64,000 bases of DNA from Candidatus Latescibacterota bacterium (lineage in GTDB: Bacteria; Latescibacterota; UBA2968): assembly GCA_965198115.1 (NCBI GenBank), contig OZ240241.1, positions 4,256,001 through 4,320,000 on the forward strand. Reading direction: 5' to 3'. The notes under the pieces are model-generated. The model was not told where the DNA came from. It saw only the letters and a program-made list of their open reading frames with translations, and did not search any database. The translations under genes were made by a program, and so were the position numbers. Of this stretch, positions 44,551 to 54,195 are shown piece after piece (the stretch's first letter is position 1; every line of letters starts with the position of its first letter).

Positions 44551-44793
44551 ATGGCCAGAAGATGTCGCCTGACGGGCAAGAAACCGCTCGTCGGCAACCA
44601 CGTTTCCCACTCCCAGCGCAAGGTCAAACGCGTCCAGAAACCGAACCTGAAGAACAAGCGCATTTACGTGCCGGAACTCAGACGCTTTGTACGCGTCAAG
44701 CTATCCACAAGGGCCCTGCGTACCGTCAACAAGAAGGGGTTCATGGCCTTCCTGAAGGACGAGGGACTCAGCGTTAAACAGGTCGCGAGCTAA
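44551..44793 (+). CDS. rpmB: 50S ribosomal protein L28
   Basis: MARRCRLTGKKPLVGNHVSHS...KPNL. Confidence 0.97.
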   Translation: MARRCRLTGKKPLVGNHVSHSQRKVKRVQKPNLKNKRIYVPELRRFVRVKLSTRALRTVNKKGFMAFLKDEGLSVKQVAS

Positions 44794-44873
44794 ACACCCA
44801 CTGAATCGACGGAATGCAAAAACGCGGCAGGGCTCTTAAGGCCTTCGCCGCGTTTCTTCGTTAGGAGAAGCGT

Positions 44874-45350
44874 ATGAACGCCCAGTTGGCGCGCCAGATG
44901 CAGATCGTCGAACTCTACAGAGAACTGAGGGACCAGCTGATCGATACGCTCACCGGAGACGATCTGGCGATGACACCCGGTGGCGATGCACCGGGCCTAG
45001 GAATCCTCTTTCGCGAACTCGGTGAAACTCAATCCGCATACATCGAATCCTTCAAAACCTTCGAATTCGGACCAGCCGAACCGTGTCCCATCGAAGGTCT
45101 CGCCAACAGTTTCGACAAGATTCGTGCGTGGTACACCCAGCTGGACACCGACCTCTCAGCAGTCCTCGAATCGGTCGGCGACGACGAGGGCGAACGCCCC
45201 GTCGACCGAGGCGGCGGAAACCAGCTTCCAGCCTGGATCCACCTCGACGTCTTCCGGGAAGCCTTGATCATCTTTTACGGCAAAGTCAGCGTCTATCTCA
45301 AAGCGGCGGGACGGCCGCGCCCCCAGAGATTCGAACACTGGATCGGTTGA
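44874..45350 (+). CDS. DinB/YfiT-like helical protein
   Basis: Size, helical pattern and a C-terminal YGKVSVYLKAAG resembling the DinB end; weak. Confidence 0.55.
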   Translation: MNAQLARQMQIVELYRELRDQLIDTLTGDDLAMTPGGDAPGLGILFRELGETQSAYIESFKTFEFGPAEPCPIEGLANSFDKIRAWYTQLDTDLSAVLESVGDDEGERPVDRGGGNQLPAWIHLDVFREALIIFYGKVSVYLKAAGRPRPQRFEHWIG

Positions 45351-45376
45351 ACCGCCGACCACCACATAGGTGACCC

Positions 45377-45859
45377 TTACCGTCTCTCCAACGGGATCTC
45401 CAGATCGAGCTGTTCCAGCTGGATCCCCGATTCACCAGCCAGCTGCCAGTAGATATCCTCCAGTTCCTGCTCGTAATCATACGGTTCAACGAAAGTGATA
45501 CGTCGGATCCCGGCCTGGACAGACTCCTTCAGGCAGCCGAAACAGGGTCGGGTCGTGCAGTAGAGCACGGCGTCTTCCGTCCGAGCTCCGTGACGCGCCG
45601 CAAAGCAGATCGCATTCTCCTCGGCGTGAACACAGATACACGTGTCCGTACTCTGACCCGACGGCACGTCCGACGCGCAACGCGGGCAACCCCCTTCGTA
45701 GCAATTTCGCACACCAACAGGCGTCCCGTTGTAACCCGTACTGATGATGTTGTTTTCCTTGACGATGACCGCTCCGACTTGCCTCCGAATGCAGTTCGAG
45801 CGCTTGGCCACGTCATACGCGATCGTCGTGAAGTACTCATCCCAGGAGGGTCGATTCAT
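45377..45859 (-). CDS. dCMP deaminase (ComEB family)
   Basis: RPSWDEYF, TGYNG, HAEEN, PCFGC. Confidence 0.93.
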   Translation of the reverse strand: MNRPSWDEYFTTIAYDVAKRSNCIRRQVGAVIVKENNIISTGYNGTPVGVRNCYEGGCPRCASDVPSGQSTDTCICVHAEENAICFAARHGARTEDAVLYCTTRPCFGCLKESVQAGIRRITFVEPYDYEQELEDIYWQLAGESGIQLEQLDLEIPLERR

Positions 45860-46016
45860 CTACGAACTCCTTTCATAACCTGCGCCGAATTTAGTTCGTC
45901 GCCTCATCGGGGCCAAATACAACGTTCGAGAAGCTCCGGCGATCGTCGCTTAACTTGAATCTTGGAATGAGAACTCCCATTGGTATATTTCTGACAGAAT
46001 CGCACTTCAACTTGGA

Positions 46017-47870
46017 GTGACCTCAATGATGCACCCGACAACGACCGCCTTCGGTATTTGGAGTGGCGGACACTTTATGCATTTCGGCAGCGACATCGGC
46101 TCGGAAAACCTCGAATCGGCCGTCCGATACGCCTACGACGAGGGCGTTCGTACGTTCATCACAGCCGACGTCTACGGACAGGGAGCGGCCGATGAACTAC
46201 TCGGACGGGCCCTCGCCCACTACGATCGAGACTCCTATTGCCTAGTCGGTGCCATCGGCCACGACTACTACAACGGCGCGCGCGAGGCCGAGCGAGGCTA
46301 CCCTCGCTTCACCGACCCGACGCTTCGCGCCCCGGTCGAATACGGAGATTACATCGACGAGGCGGTCGACAAATCCCTCGAGCGCCTCGGCCACGATCGC
46401 TTCGATCTGCTCCTGCTGCACAACCCCGACACGACGGGATACACACATCAGGCGGTGTGGGACGCCCTGGAGGGGGTGCGCGACAGCGGCAGAACCGCGC
46501 TTTTGGGCGTCGCTCCCGGCCCGGCGAACGGGTTCACGCTCGACGTCATCGACTGCTTCGAAAGACACGGCGACCGCATCGACTGGGCCATGCTCATCCT
46601 CAACCCGCTCGAACCGTGGCCGGGTGGTCTCTGTCTCGACGCGGCGGCCAAACACGACGTCAAAGTCATCGCGCGTGTCGTCGACTACGGCGGCATTTTT
46701 CACGACGACCTTAACGCCGGTGCCCGCTTGCCACGCACCGATCATCGTTCGTTCCGTCCGGCGGGATGGATCGAAGCCGCACACGAAAAGCTGGAACGGT
46801 TCCGCGAAATCGCCAGCCACCACGATCTGTCGCTCCTTCAGTTCGCCTGCAAGTGGGACCTCGGCCAAACTGCCGTCGAATGCGTCGTTCCCACCTTGCT
46901 CCAGGAACCGAAGCCCGACGCCAAATCCATCGAGCAGCAGATCGACGAACTCGTCACCGTCCAGGGCAAAGAAAACCTGACCCCCGATGAACTCACCGAG
47001 GTTCGCAGGCTCGGAGACAACGCGAATTGCATGGCCCTTAAGGGAGCGTCGACGCAGTATCTGGGCGAGCCGATCGGCGATCAATGGCCGATGACCAGCG
47101 AGTTGCGCGAAGTGGGCAAACGATGGGGCATCGAACCCGACCGCGATCTGCTCTATCCCGGCGATATTCGCGACATCCGCGAAAAAGGGGCACCGCGACA
47201 CGGCGTCCCCCAGTCGAGCACACGCCGGCTCTACGTCCAGCTGCTTGCCTTCGGCGTTTGTCGCGACACCGCCCCCCTCGTCGACGCGCTGGGAAAATCC
47301 GATCTGGAGACCGTCCTCTACAGCGACATCAACGATCCTTTCGGAGTTGCCCTCCTACTGATCGCTGAAGATCCATCGACCCTGACCGGGAGCGTCCGGG
47401 CCTTCATCGCATCCAGTCCCTTCGGCGAACTGACGCTAAAGCCGCATCTCACGATGCTCGGACGCACCTACTCGACCGGTCGCGAACCCAACCTCGAGGA
47501 CTACCTGCTCGGCAAGCCCAGACGAAACGCACTCAACACCGAATGGCCCTGGGCGATCTGGTATCCTCTGCGACGCAAGTCCGAATTCGCCCTACTCCCG
47601 CACGCCGAACAGGGCAAGATCCTCTACGAACACGCCACGATCGGTCGTACCTACGGGACTGCGGGCTATGCCCACGACATCCGTCTTGCCTGCTACGGTC
47701 TGGACGAACACGACAACGAATTCGTCCTCGGCCTCATCGGCCCGGATCTGTTCCCACTCTCCCGAATCGTCCAGGAAATGAGAAAGACCCAACAGACCGG
47801 AAAATACATGGAATCCCTTGGGCCCTTCTTCGTCGGCAGGGCAATCTGGCAGAGCCCACTGAAGAAGTAG
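46017..47870 (+). CDS. Aldo/keto reductase fused to a chlorite dismutase/ChdC-like heme domain
   Basis: AKR: TADVYG, SLERLG, LLLHNPD. Cld-like: WYPLRRK, EHATIG, DIRLAC, PFFVG. Single open frame. Confidence 0.85.
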   Translation: MTSMMHPTTTAFGIWSGGHFMHFGSDIGSENLESAVRYAYDEGVRTFITADVYGQGAADELLGRALAHYDRDSYCLVGAIGHDYYNGAREAERGYPRFTDPTLRAPVEYGDYIDEAVDKSLERLGHDRFDLLLLHNPDTTGYTHQAVWDALEGVRDSGRTALLGVAPGPANGFTLDVIDCFERHGDRIDWAMLILNPLEPWPGGLCLDAAAKHDVKVIARVVDYGGIFHDDLNAGARLPRTDHRSFRPAGWIEAAHEKLERFREIASHHDLSLLQFACKWDLGQTAVECVVPTLLQEPKPDAKSIEQQIDELVTVQGKENLTPDELTEVRRLGDNANCMALKGASTQYLGEPIGDQWPMTSELREVGKRWGIEPDRDLLYPGDIRDIREKGAPRHGVPQSSTRRLYVQLLAFGVCRDTAPLVDALGKSDLETVLYSDINDPFGVALLLIAEDPSTLTGSVRAFIASSPFGELTLKPHLTMLGRTYSTGREPNLEDYLLGKPRRNALNTEWPWAIWYPLRRKSEFALLPHAEQGKILYEHATIGRTYGTAGYAHDIRLACYGLDEHDNEFVLGLIGPDLFPLSRIVQEMRKTQQTGKYMESLGPFFVGRAIWQSPLKK

Positions 47871-48038
47871 CTCACGCAAATCAGTTCAACGTGGATGGCC
47901 GGCGCCTGCGGGGCCGGCCATTTTCGTGCGCCCCTGGCGGGAACGAAGAGGCTTCCCGCCATTGCCCGGGTACCCAGTTCGGTAGCCCAACGACGATGCC
48001 GACCTTACATTTCGTCCAAACTATTTTGGAGGCGTTGA

Positions 48039-49253
48039 TTGGATCGCGAACCGGCTTGGCGTGAGCACCTCGATCGTGCGATTCTCGCACACGAAGAAAC
48101 GATCACCTCCGTCCGGAGACACCTTCACAGATACCCCGAGCCAAGCGGCCAGGAAATCCAGACAACCCAGTACCTGGAGCACCTGGTAGAGGACACCGGC
48201 CTGGCGCCGAGACGCCCTGAGAATGGCTGCGGTCTGATCGTCGATTCACCCGGGACGTCGCCTACCCGGGTCGCGCTGAGGGCGGATATAGACGCACTCA
48301 GGATCCAGGACACCAAGAAGACCGCCTACCGAAGCCACGTCGACGGTCTAACGCACGCGTGCGGTCACGACGGCCACACCGCCGCCGTGGTAGGCGCGCT
48401 GCTCGGCATCATCAATGCAGGGCGCCATAACCTTTTACCGTGGCCCGTCGACTGGCGGGTCATTTTCCAGTCTGCAGAGGAAACGAACGAAGGGGCCCTG
48501 GCAATGATCGGTGCGGGAGCGATCGACGACGTCAGCGCCATCTTCAGCCTGCACGCAGACCCCAGCAGGCCGACGGGATGCGTGGGGGTCTCGCCCGGTC
48601 CGATCACCGCCGAATGTCGCTTTGTCGAAATACACCTTCGAGGCGTCGGCGGTCACGCTGCCCGACCGCACGAAGCCCGCGACCCCCTCGCTTCGGCCAT
48701 CCGACTCATGCACAACCTGTATGGTGACCTCGGACGACGTCTGAACGCACACGACCCCGTGGTGTTTACGATCGGGCAGGTCGTTGGCGCGACCAGTCCG
48801 AACGTCATTCCAGATACGGTAACACTCAGGGGCACCCTCAGGTCCCTGGACACGACAGTCGGCGATACGGCCTACGACAGGATCGTCACGCTTGGCCGTG
48901 CAGAGACGGCGGCCTCCGGGGTTGACATCGACGTGTCGGGAAGCATCGGTCCCCCATCCGTCACGAACGACCCCGACCTGGCCGCTATTGTGACCCGCTG
49001 TGCGGAACACGTCGTTGGCCCCGACGGTGTTCAGCCGATCACCGAGCCCAGCATGGGAGGCGAAGACTTCGCCAACTACCAGACGCGTATTCCGGGCTGC
49101 TTGTTCCGGCTCGGTTGTGCGCTCGGGCCCCATGGTAGCCCGCCGCTACACGCCTCGGACTTTGACCTCGACGAAGCCGCACTGCCCCTGGGTTCCCGCA
49201 TCCTCGCCCGGTGTCTCGTCGAAGCTTCGAAACCCTGCCCGGAGGACCCATGA
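48039..49253 (+). CDS. M20D family amidohydrolase
   Basis: HRYPEPS, RADIDAL, HACGHDGH, FQSAEE, GEDF. Confidence 0.92.
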   Translation: MDREPAWREHLDRAILAHEETITSVRRHLHRYPEPSGQEIQTTQYLEHLVEDTGLAPRRPENGCGLIVDSPGTSPTRVALRADIDALRIQDTKKTAYRSHVDGLTHACGHDGHTAAVVGALLGIINAGRHNLLPWPVDWRVIFQSAEETNEGALAMIGAGAIDDVSAIFSLHADPSRPTGCVGVSPGPITAECRFVEIHLRGVGGHAARPHEARDPLASAIRLMHNLYGDLGRRLNAHDPVVFTIGQVVGATSPNVIPDTVTLRGTLRSLDTTVGDTAYDRIVTLGRAETAASGVDIDVSGSIGPPSVTNDPDLAAIVTRCAEHVVGPDGVQPITEPSMGGEDFANYQTRIPGCLFRLGCALGPHGSPPLHASDFDLDEAALPLGSRILARCLVEASKPCPEDP

Positions 49254-50383
49254 GGAGTCTCGACTTCAACACCAGCCCAAAACCGACGATCGGTGTCGAA
49301 ATCGAACTGGCACTCGTCGACATCGAAACGATGGCCCTCAAGAGCGTGAACCAACCGATTTTAGATAGCCTGCCCGAAAACCTTGCGGATCGGGTCAAAC
49401 CCGAACTCATGCAATGCTATGTGGAGCTCAACACAGGGATCTGCAGGAACGTCAGCGAGGCCGAAGCCGACCTACAGACAACCCTCGGCGCCCTTTCCTC
49501 CGCCGCCGACCGAGAGAACGCCGCACTCTATTGGTCGGCCACACACCCGTTCTCGAAGTGGAAGGACCAGACCGTTACCGACAACGACCGGTATCGAGGT
49601 CTTGTCTCCCAACTCCAGGACACCGCCAGGCAGCTCGTCACATTCGGCCTCCACGTCCACATCGGCGTCGACACGGGAGACAAAGCGGTGATGATCTGCG
49701 ATCGGATCTTACGGTTCCTCCCCGTGCTCCTCGCGATCAGCAGCAACAGCCCTTTCTGGGAAGGAAGGAATACGGGTCTCGCTTCCTGGCGTTCCAAGGT
49801 GATGGAAGGTCTGCCCACAGCGGGTCTCCCTCCGCTCATGCGAAACTGGAGCGAGTATGTGTGGCTCGTCAACCACCTGATCGACACGGGGTTCCTCGAA
49901 TCGATCCGCGAAATCTGGTGGGATGTCCGCCCACACCACGGATTCGGAACGGTCGAGGTGAGAATCTGCGACATACCTGGCACCCTCCAGGACACGTTGA
50001 GCATCGTCGCGTTCATACAGTGCCTGGTACAGTATCTATCGGATCAGATCGAGGAGGGCACGTACCAGCACGACTGCCATCCCATGCTGGTCCGTCAGAA
50101 CAAGTGGCACGCCGCCCGGTACGGACTCGAAGCAAGTCTCGTCGATTCAGAGACGCACGAGTTACGGCCAGTCAGGGAAGTCGTAACCGAGATGATCGGA
50201 AAACTCGGACCCGTGTCCCAAGACCTAGGTTGCCAGGAGTATCTGGTGTGTCTGATCGACCAGGCCAGGCAAAAGTCGTGGGCCCATAGACAAGTCGACC
50301 TGCTGGAAAAGACGGGGGACCCTGCGGCCGTCGTACGCCAAGGAATCGAGGCGTCCTCGATCGGCGCGTCTTCGCCAAGCTGA
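49250..50383 (+). CDS. YbdK/GCS2 family carboxylate-amine (glutamate-cysteine-like) ligase
   Basis: TIGVEIE, FGLHVHIG, WWDVRPH, TVEVRICD; ATGA overlap with the M20 gene. Confidence 0.92.
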   Translation: MRSLDFNTSPKPTIGVEIELALVDIETMALKSVNQPILDSLPENLADRVKPELMQCYVELNTGICRNVSEAEADLQTTLGALSSAADRENAALYWSATHPFSKWKDQTVTDNDRYRGLVSQLQDTARQLVTFGLHVHIGVDTGDKAVMICDRILRFLPVLLAISSNSPFWEGRNTGLASWRSKVMEGLPTAGLPPLMRNWSEYVWLVNHLIDTGFLESIREIWWDVRPHHGFGTVEVRICDIPGTLQDTLSIVAFIQCLVQYLSDQIEEGTYQHDCHPMLVRQNKWHAARYGLEASLVDSETHELRPVREVVTEMIGKLGPVSQDLGCQEYLVCLIDQARQKSWAHRQVDLLEKTGDPAAVVRQGIEASSIGASSPS

Positions 50384-50466
50384 CTTGAAAGGGTCACCGA
50401 TTCAGATTATCGTTCTGGGGATCACAAGCCGGGTCAGCGCGCCACAGTGCACGTTGGCCCTTTCTT

Positions 50467-51609
50467 TTGTTGCCGAAGTGTAGGTTGGCTGTGCATTCAG
50501 CTCCCCTTCTTCTGCTTCTCGTCGTCGCACCCTCTGCCTGGGGTGGCGACACCTCCACGCCCAATCCCATCGCCGGATCCCCGGCTCCGTCCGGAGGTTC
50601 CAGCGCGCCTGAAGATGTGGCGGGGATGGGCGTATTCCGTTTTCGCGACACCCAGACCGGCACGATCTGGAACGTCACCAGTGTGGCCGAATCCGGACCG
50701 CTCGTCGGACGGCGCCTCACGCGAGTCCCCGCTTACAGCGCTTATTGGGTTCGGCTGGGCCTCCTTCTGGCCGCGAACGGCCGCCCATAAGCAAGTGGGC
50801 GGCACCGAACCCTTCGACCCTACCAGCATTCGGAGCGCAGTTCCCCTCGAGGAAATCCTGGGCGATGTCCCCATAGACGCGATTCCACCGCTCAATCGCC
50901 CCAGACAGAATCAGGGATAGGCCAACTTCACATCCGCCCGCGTTGCCGATCACGTGGCCGATGAAGAGGTCGTCATCGGGGTGGAGTTCGATGGGGACGC
51001 CCGAGCCTATCCCGTTCGAATCATGAACTGGCACGAAATCGTCAACCACACCGTGGGGAATCGCAAGATCAGCCTCACCTACTGTCCCCTGACCGCCTCC
51101 GGCGTCGCCTACGACGCAACCGACATCGAGTTCGGCAACTCGGGCGCGCTCTACAACAACAATAACATGGTGATGTACGATCGAGGGTCACGGAGTCTGT
51201 GGTCGCAGATGCGGGCAAATGCCATCGCCGGAAACGCTGTCCCGGCAGGCATCGATCTGGTTCCGGTGTTCCAGGGAACGTGGGCGGCCTGGAAAGCCAT
51301 GTATCCCGAATCGCAGGTCCTCACCCGAAACACGGGCTTCATTCGGGACTATACGGGGGATATTTACATCGATCGGGGCTACACGACCAACAACCAGATC
51401 TGGCTCGCGCAATCGCCAGCGATCGACGAACGCTATCACCCGAAGGAAATGGTGCTAGGCCTGCTTAGTGACACGCACACCAAAGCGTATCCCTTCTCAA
51501 CGCTGGTTGAAGAACCAGTCGTGAACGACTCGTTCGAGAGGGGGTCACAGCAGTCCCCTTCAGTCGGATCGTGGACGGCCAATCGCTCACGTTCGAAGCC
51601 TTGCCTTGA
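50467..51609 (+). pseudogene. DUF3179-domain gene with permuted domain order; frameshifts and an in-frame TAG
   Basis: DAIPPL, RAYP..IMNWHEIVN, TYCPLTASG, MYDRGSRSLWSQ. Extra G near 50747, TAG 50918-50920, shift near 51540. Confidence 0.75.
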
Positions 51610-52470
51610 TCAATTGGGGCCGTCGTAGGCGTAAGGTTTGTTCCTTCTGATGTGGTCCTCGCCGGGATCGTCCACGATAGGTATCTCATTCTCGATCTCG
51701 CACCCCTCGAATACATCCTCACATCCCCGCTGGAGCCGATACCCGCCCTTTCGTCGGAGCCACGACACGTTGTGAACCATCGCGATCATGAACCTTGTTT
51801 CGGTGCCCGCGTTCGGCATGCCGCGGTGCCAGAGACGCATGTCGCGAATCAGGACGGATCCTTTTGTCGTCTCTCCCAGGACCGGCGGCACGGTCTTTCG
51901 CCGCTCCTCGACAGCGCTCTCGTCAACCCGGATGTCCTGACCAATCACCTGACGTAAATCCAGATGCGTGCCAGGCCACAACTCGATGGCCCCGTTCTCT
52001 GCCGTCGTGTCTCCGAGTGCCAGGTTGACCGCGAGTCGCGACGCGGGCGGCGCAACGGCCAGACCGGGCCACAGCTGACCGTCGTCCACGTGAACCGGCT
52101 GGATCGTGCTCCCCGGCACATTGGAATTCCCCGTCACCCCGTTGATGTAGGCACCCGCTCCCAACACGGAACGCGTAATCTGGCAGGCGAAAGGGTTGGC
52201 TACCACGTCGCGAAAGATGTATTTTGCGTAGGGGGGCGGATGCTGCTGGATGTTTCCCCACACGAAGTTATGCGGAACAACGGAGAGTGACTGGATCTTC
52301 TTCAGGTCCTTCTCCATCTGAACCCGCAGCGTGTCCAGATGATCGTGATCGACCACGTCCTTGATCACGATGAACCCGGTTTCCCCGAGGGCGGTCACTG
52401 CCGCGTGCAGATGAGCTTCACCAAACGACTCTCTAGCCAGCTCCTCGCGTGTGGGTTTTAGTCCATCCAT
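51610..52470 (-). CDS. Phytanoyl-CoA dioxygenase family protein
   Basis: QPVHVD, WPGTH, RDMRLWHRG. Confidence 0.88.
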   Translation of the reverse strand: MDGLKPTREELARESFGEAHLHAAVTALGETGFIVIKDVVDHDHLDTLRVQMEKDLKKIQSLSVVPHNFVWGNIQQHPPPYAKYIFRDVVANPFACQITRSVLGAGAYINGVTGNSNVPGSTIQPVHVDDGQLWPGLAVAPPASRLAVNLALGDTTAENGAIELWPGTHLDLRQVIGQDIRVDESAVEERRKTVPPVLGETTKGSVLIRDMRLWHRGMPNAGTETRFMIAMVHNVSWLRRKGGYRLQRGCEDVFEGCEIENEIPIVDDPGEDHIRRNKPYAYDGPN

Positions 52471-52477
52471 CTGTTGT

Positions 52478-54025
52478 CTACTCCTCTCCTCGCAGAATGG
52501 CTGTCGCCATCGCGCGCGCTGTCACGCCGGGCAGCCATCGGCCGAGCCCTGCGGCCAATCTGTTCGGCCATCCCGGTACGAGCGACCGTTTCCGACGCTC
52601 GACGGCCCACAGGATCCGATCCGCCAGCTCTTCCGGCGCCATACGTTTGTGTTCTCTGCTGTTATCCGGGCTGTGTTGCCTTGCGTGCGCCGTTCGAGTG
52701 GGCCCTGGGAACACCGTCAGCACGTTCACGCTCAGGCCCTTCATTGCCGCACGCACGCTGCGAGCATAAGACGCGATCCCGTCTTTCGTCGCAGAATACA
52801 CCGAAGCCCCGGGGTAGCCTAAGAAGTGTGACAACGAACTGACAAACACGATCGTCCCACCCGCCCTGATGTGTCTGGCTTCCAAAAGACGCGCCGTCAC
52901 GACCATCGGCCCGGTCAGGTTCACGGCCACGATCTTCATCAGCGAGTCGAGTTCGAGCGAGGGCAACCTCCCGACCGCGTTGATCCCTGCGTTGTGGACG
53001 AGCAGATCGATCGGGTCACCTCGCAGCAGTCGATCGTTCGGTCATTGGCGTCGTTATCGCCGAGGTCACCCACCACGTATCGCGCACACGATCCGATCGC
53101 CGCCAACTCCTCCTCGGCAGTGCGCGAACGCGCCGCGTCGACGTCCACGCCCGTGATGTGCGTGCCATCCTGCGCAAGACGCCAGGCCAGCGCCTTTCCG
53201 ATGCCGTCAGCCGCGCCCGTCACAACAGCGTGCTCGATCTTCGCGCGGCGAGTCGCACAATCAGCTTCAGCCGACCCAGGCGATCGCAGCGCTGCATCCG
53301 CCAGCCGAGGGCATCGCCGGCCAACAGCCCACGCGACACGGTTTCCGAACCCCAGAACAGCACGCTGTCGGCGCCCGATCGCCCCGTCGACTTTCTTAGC
53401 GATCGACGCGGCCGAAGGAAAACGCCGCCAGTCAACACGGTCGCTCGTCAACCCCATTTTCTCGTGCAAACCTGTCCGCGTTGCCCCGGGATGGATGACC
53501 TGAACCGTCACCCTGGGCTCCAACTCGTAGGCGAGACTGCGCACCAGCCCGTCCACTGCTGCCTTGGTCGCGCCGTAAACCGCGTATTCGGGACACGCCA
53601 GAGCGGAGACAACCGAGCCGATGAAAACGACGTGTCCTTCGACCTTCTTCAGACGACCGAAGAGCGTGTGGGTCAGCGACACCGGCGCGCCGAGATTGAC
53701 GGCGACGACCCTGCGAATATCCTCGTTCGTTTCGACCTCGGTCCTGCCCCAGTAACCGGTGCCCGCATTGTGGATGAGAAGGTCGATCGCGTCTACCTTC
53801 CACACCTCACACCATCGCTCGACCTCTTTCCACATTCCTCGAGAGACAGATCAGCCTGGCAGTAGGTCGGTTCCGAAAAAACAAGGGATCATCGAGCGCC
53901 GAAAGACTCCGCCGGCCAACCAGAACCAATCGATCGTTCCGCATCGCAAACCGCCGGGCAAGAGCCAATCCGATGCCGTCCGTAGCCCCGGTGATCATGA
54001 CCGTCCGCGCCAAACTCATTCCCAT
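52478..54025 (-). CDS. Tandem double-domain SDR oxidoreductase, with frameshifts near 53875, 53835, 53030
   Basis: Two TGAxDGIG, two HNAG and two YxxxK motifs (YGATK, YSATK). Confidence 0.78.
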
Positions 54026-54037
54026 TCGTCCGTCGAA

Positions 54038-54153
54038 TTGACACCGTCGGCATGCCCCGGTATATTGGACGCCCACGACACGTTCCCCCGTCGTCGTGCG
54101 ACCGACGATGCGTAGCCTGGGCACGATCTCCCCTCGATCACCCGGGCTTTTTT
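54038..54153 (+). promoter_or_regulatory. Sigma-70 promoter, structured leader and intrinsic terminator (attenuator) upstream of AICAR transformylase
   Basis: TTGACA-N17-TATATT; terminator GCCTGGG..GATC/GATC..CCCGGGC-TTTTTT. Confidence 0.75.
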
Positions 54154-54195
54154 CATGCCACGCCCGTTCATTCAACGCCCTTCAGAGGTTTCTGA

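Noticed and set aside
50918-50920. Recoded stop (Sec/Pyl) in DUF3179
   Set aside because: The codon is TAG, not TGA, and lies away from the YCPL motif. The gene has other lesions and no pyl genes are in the window.
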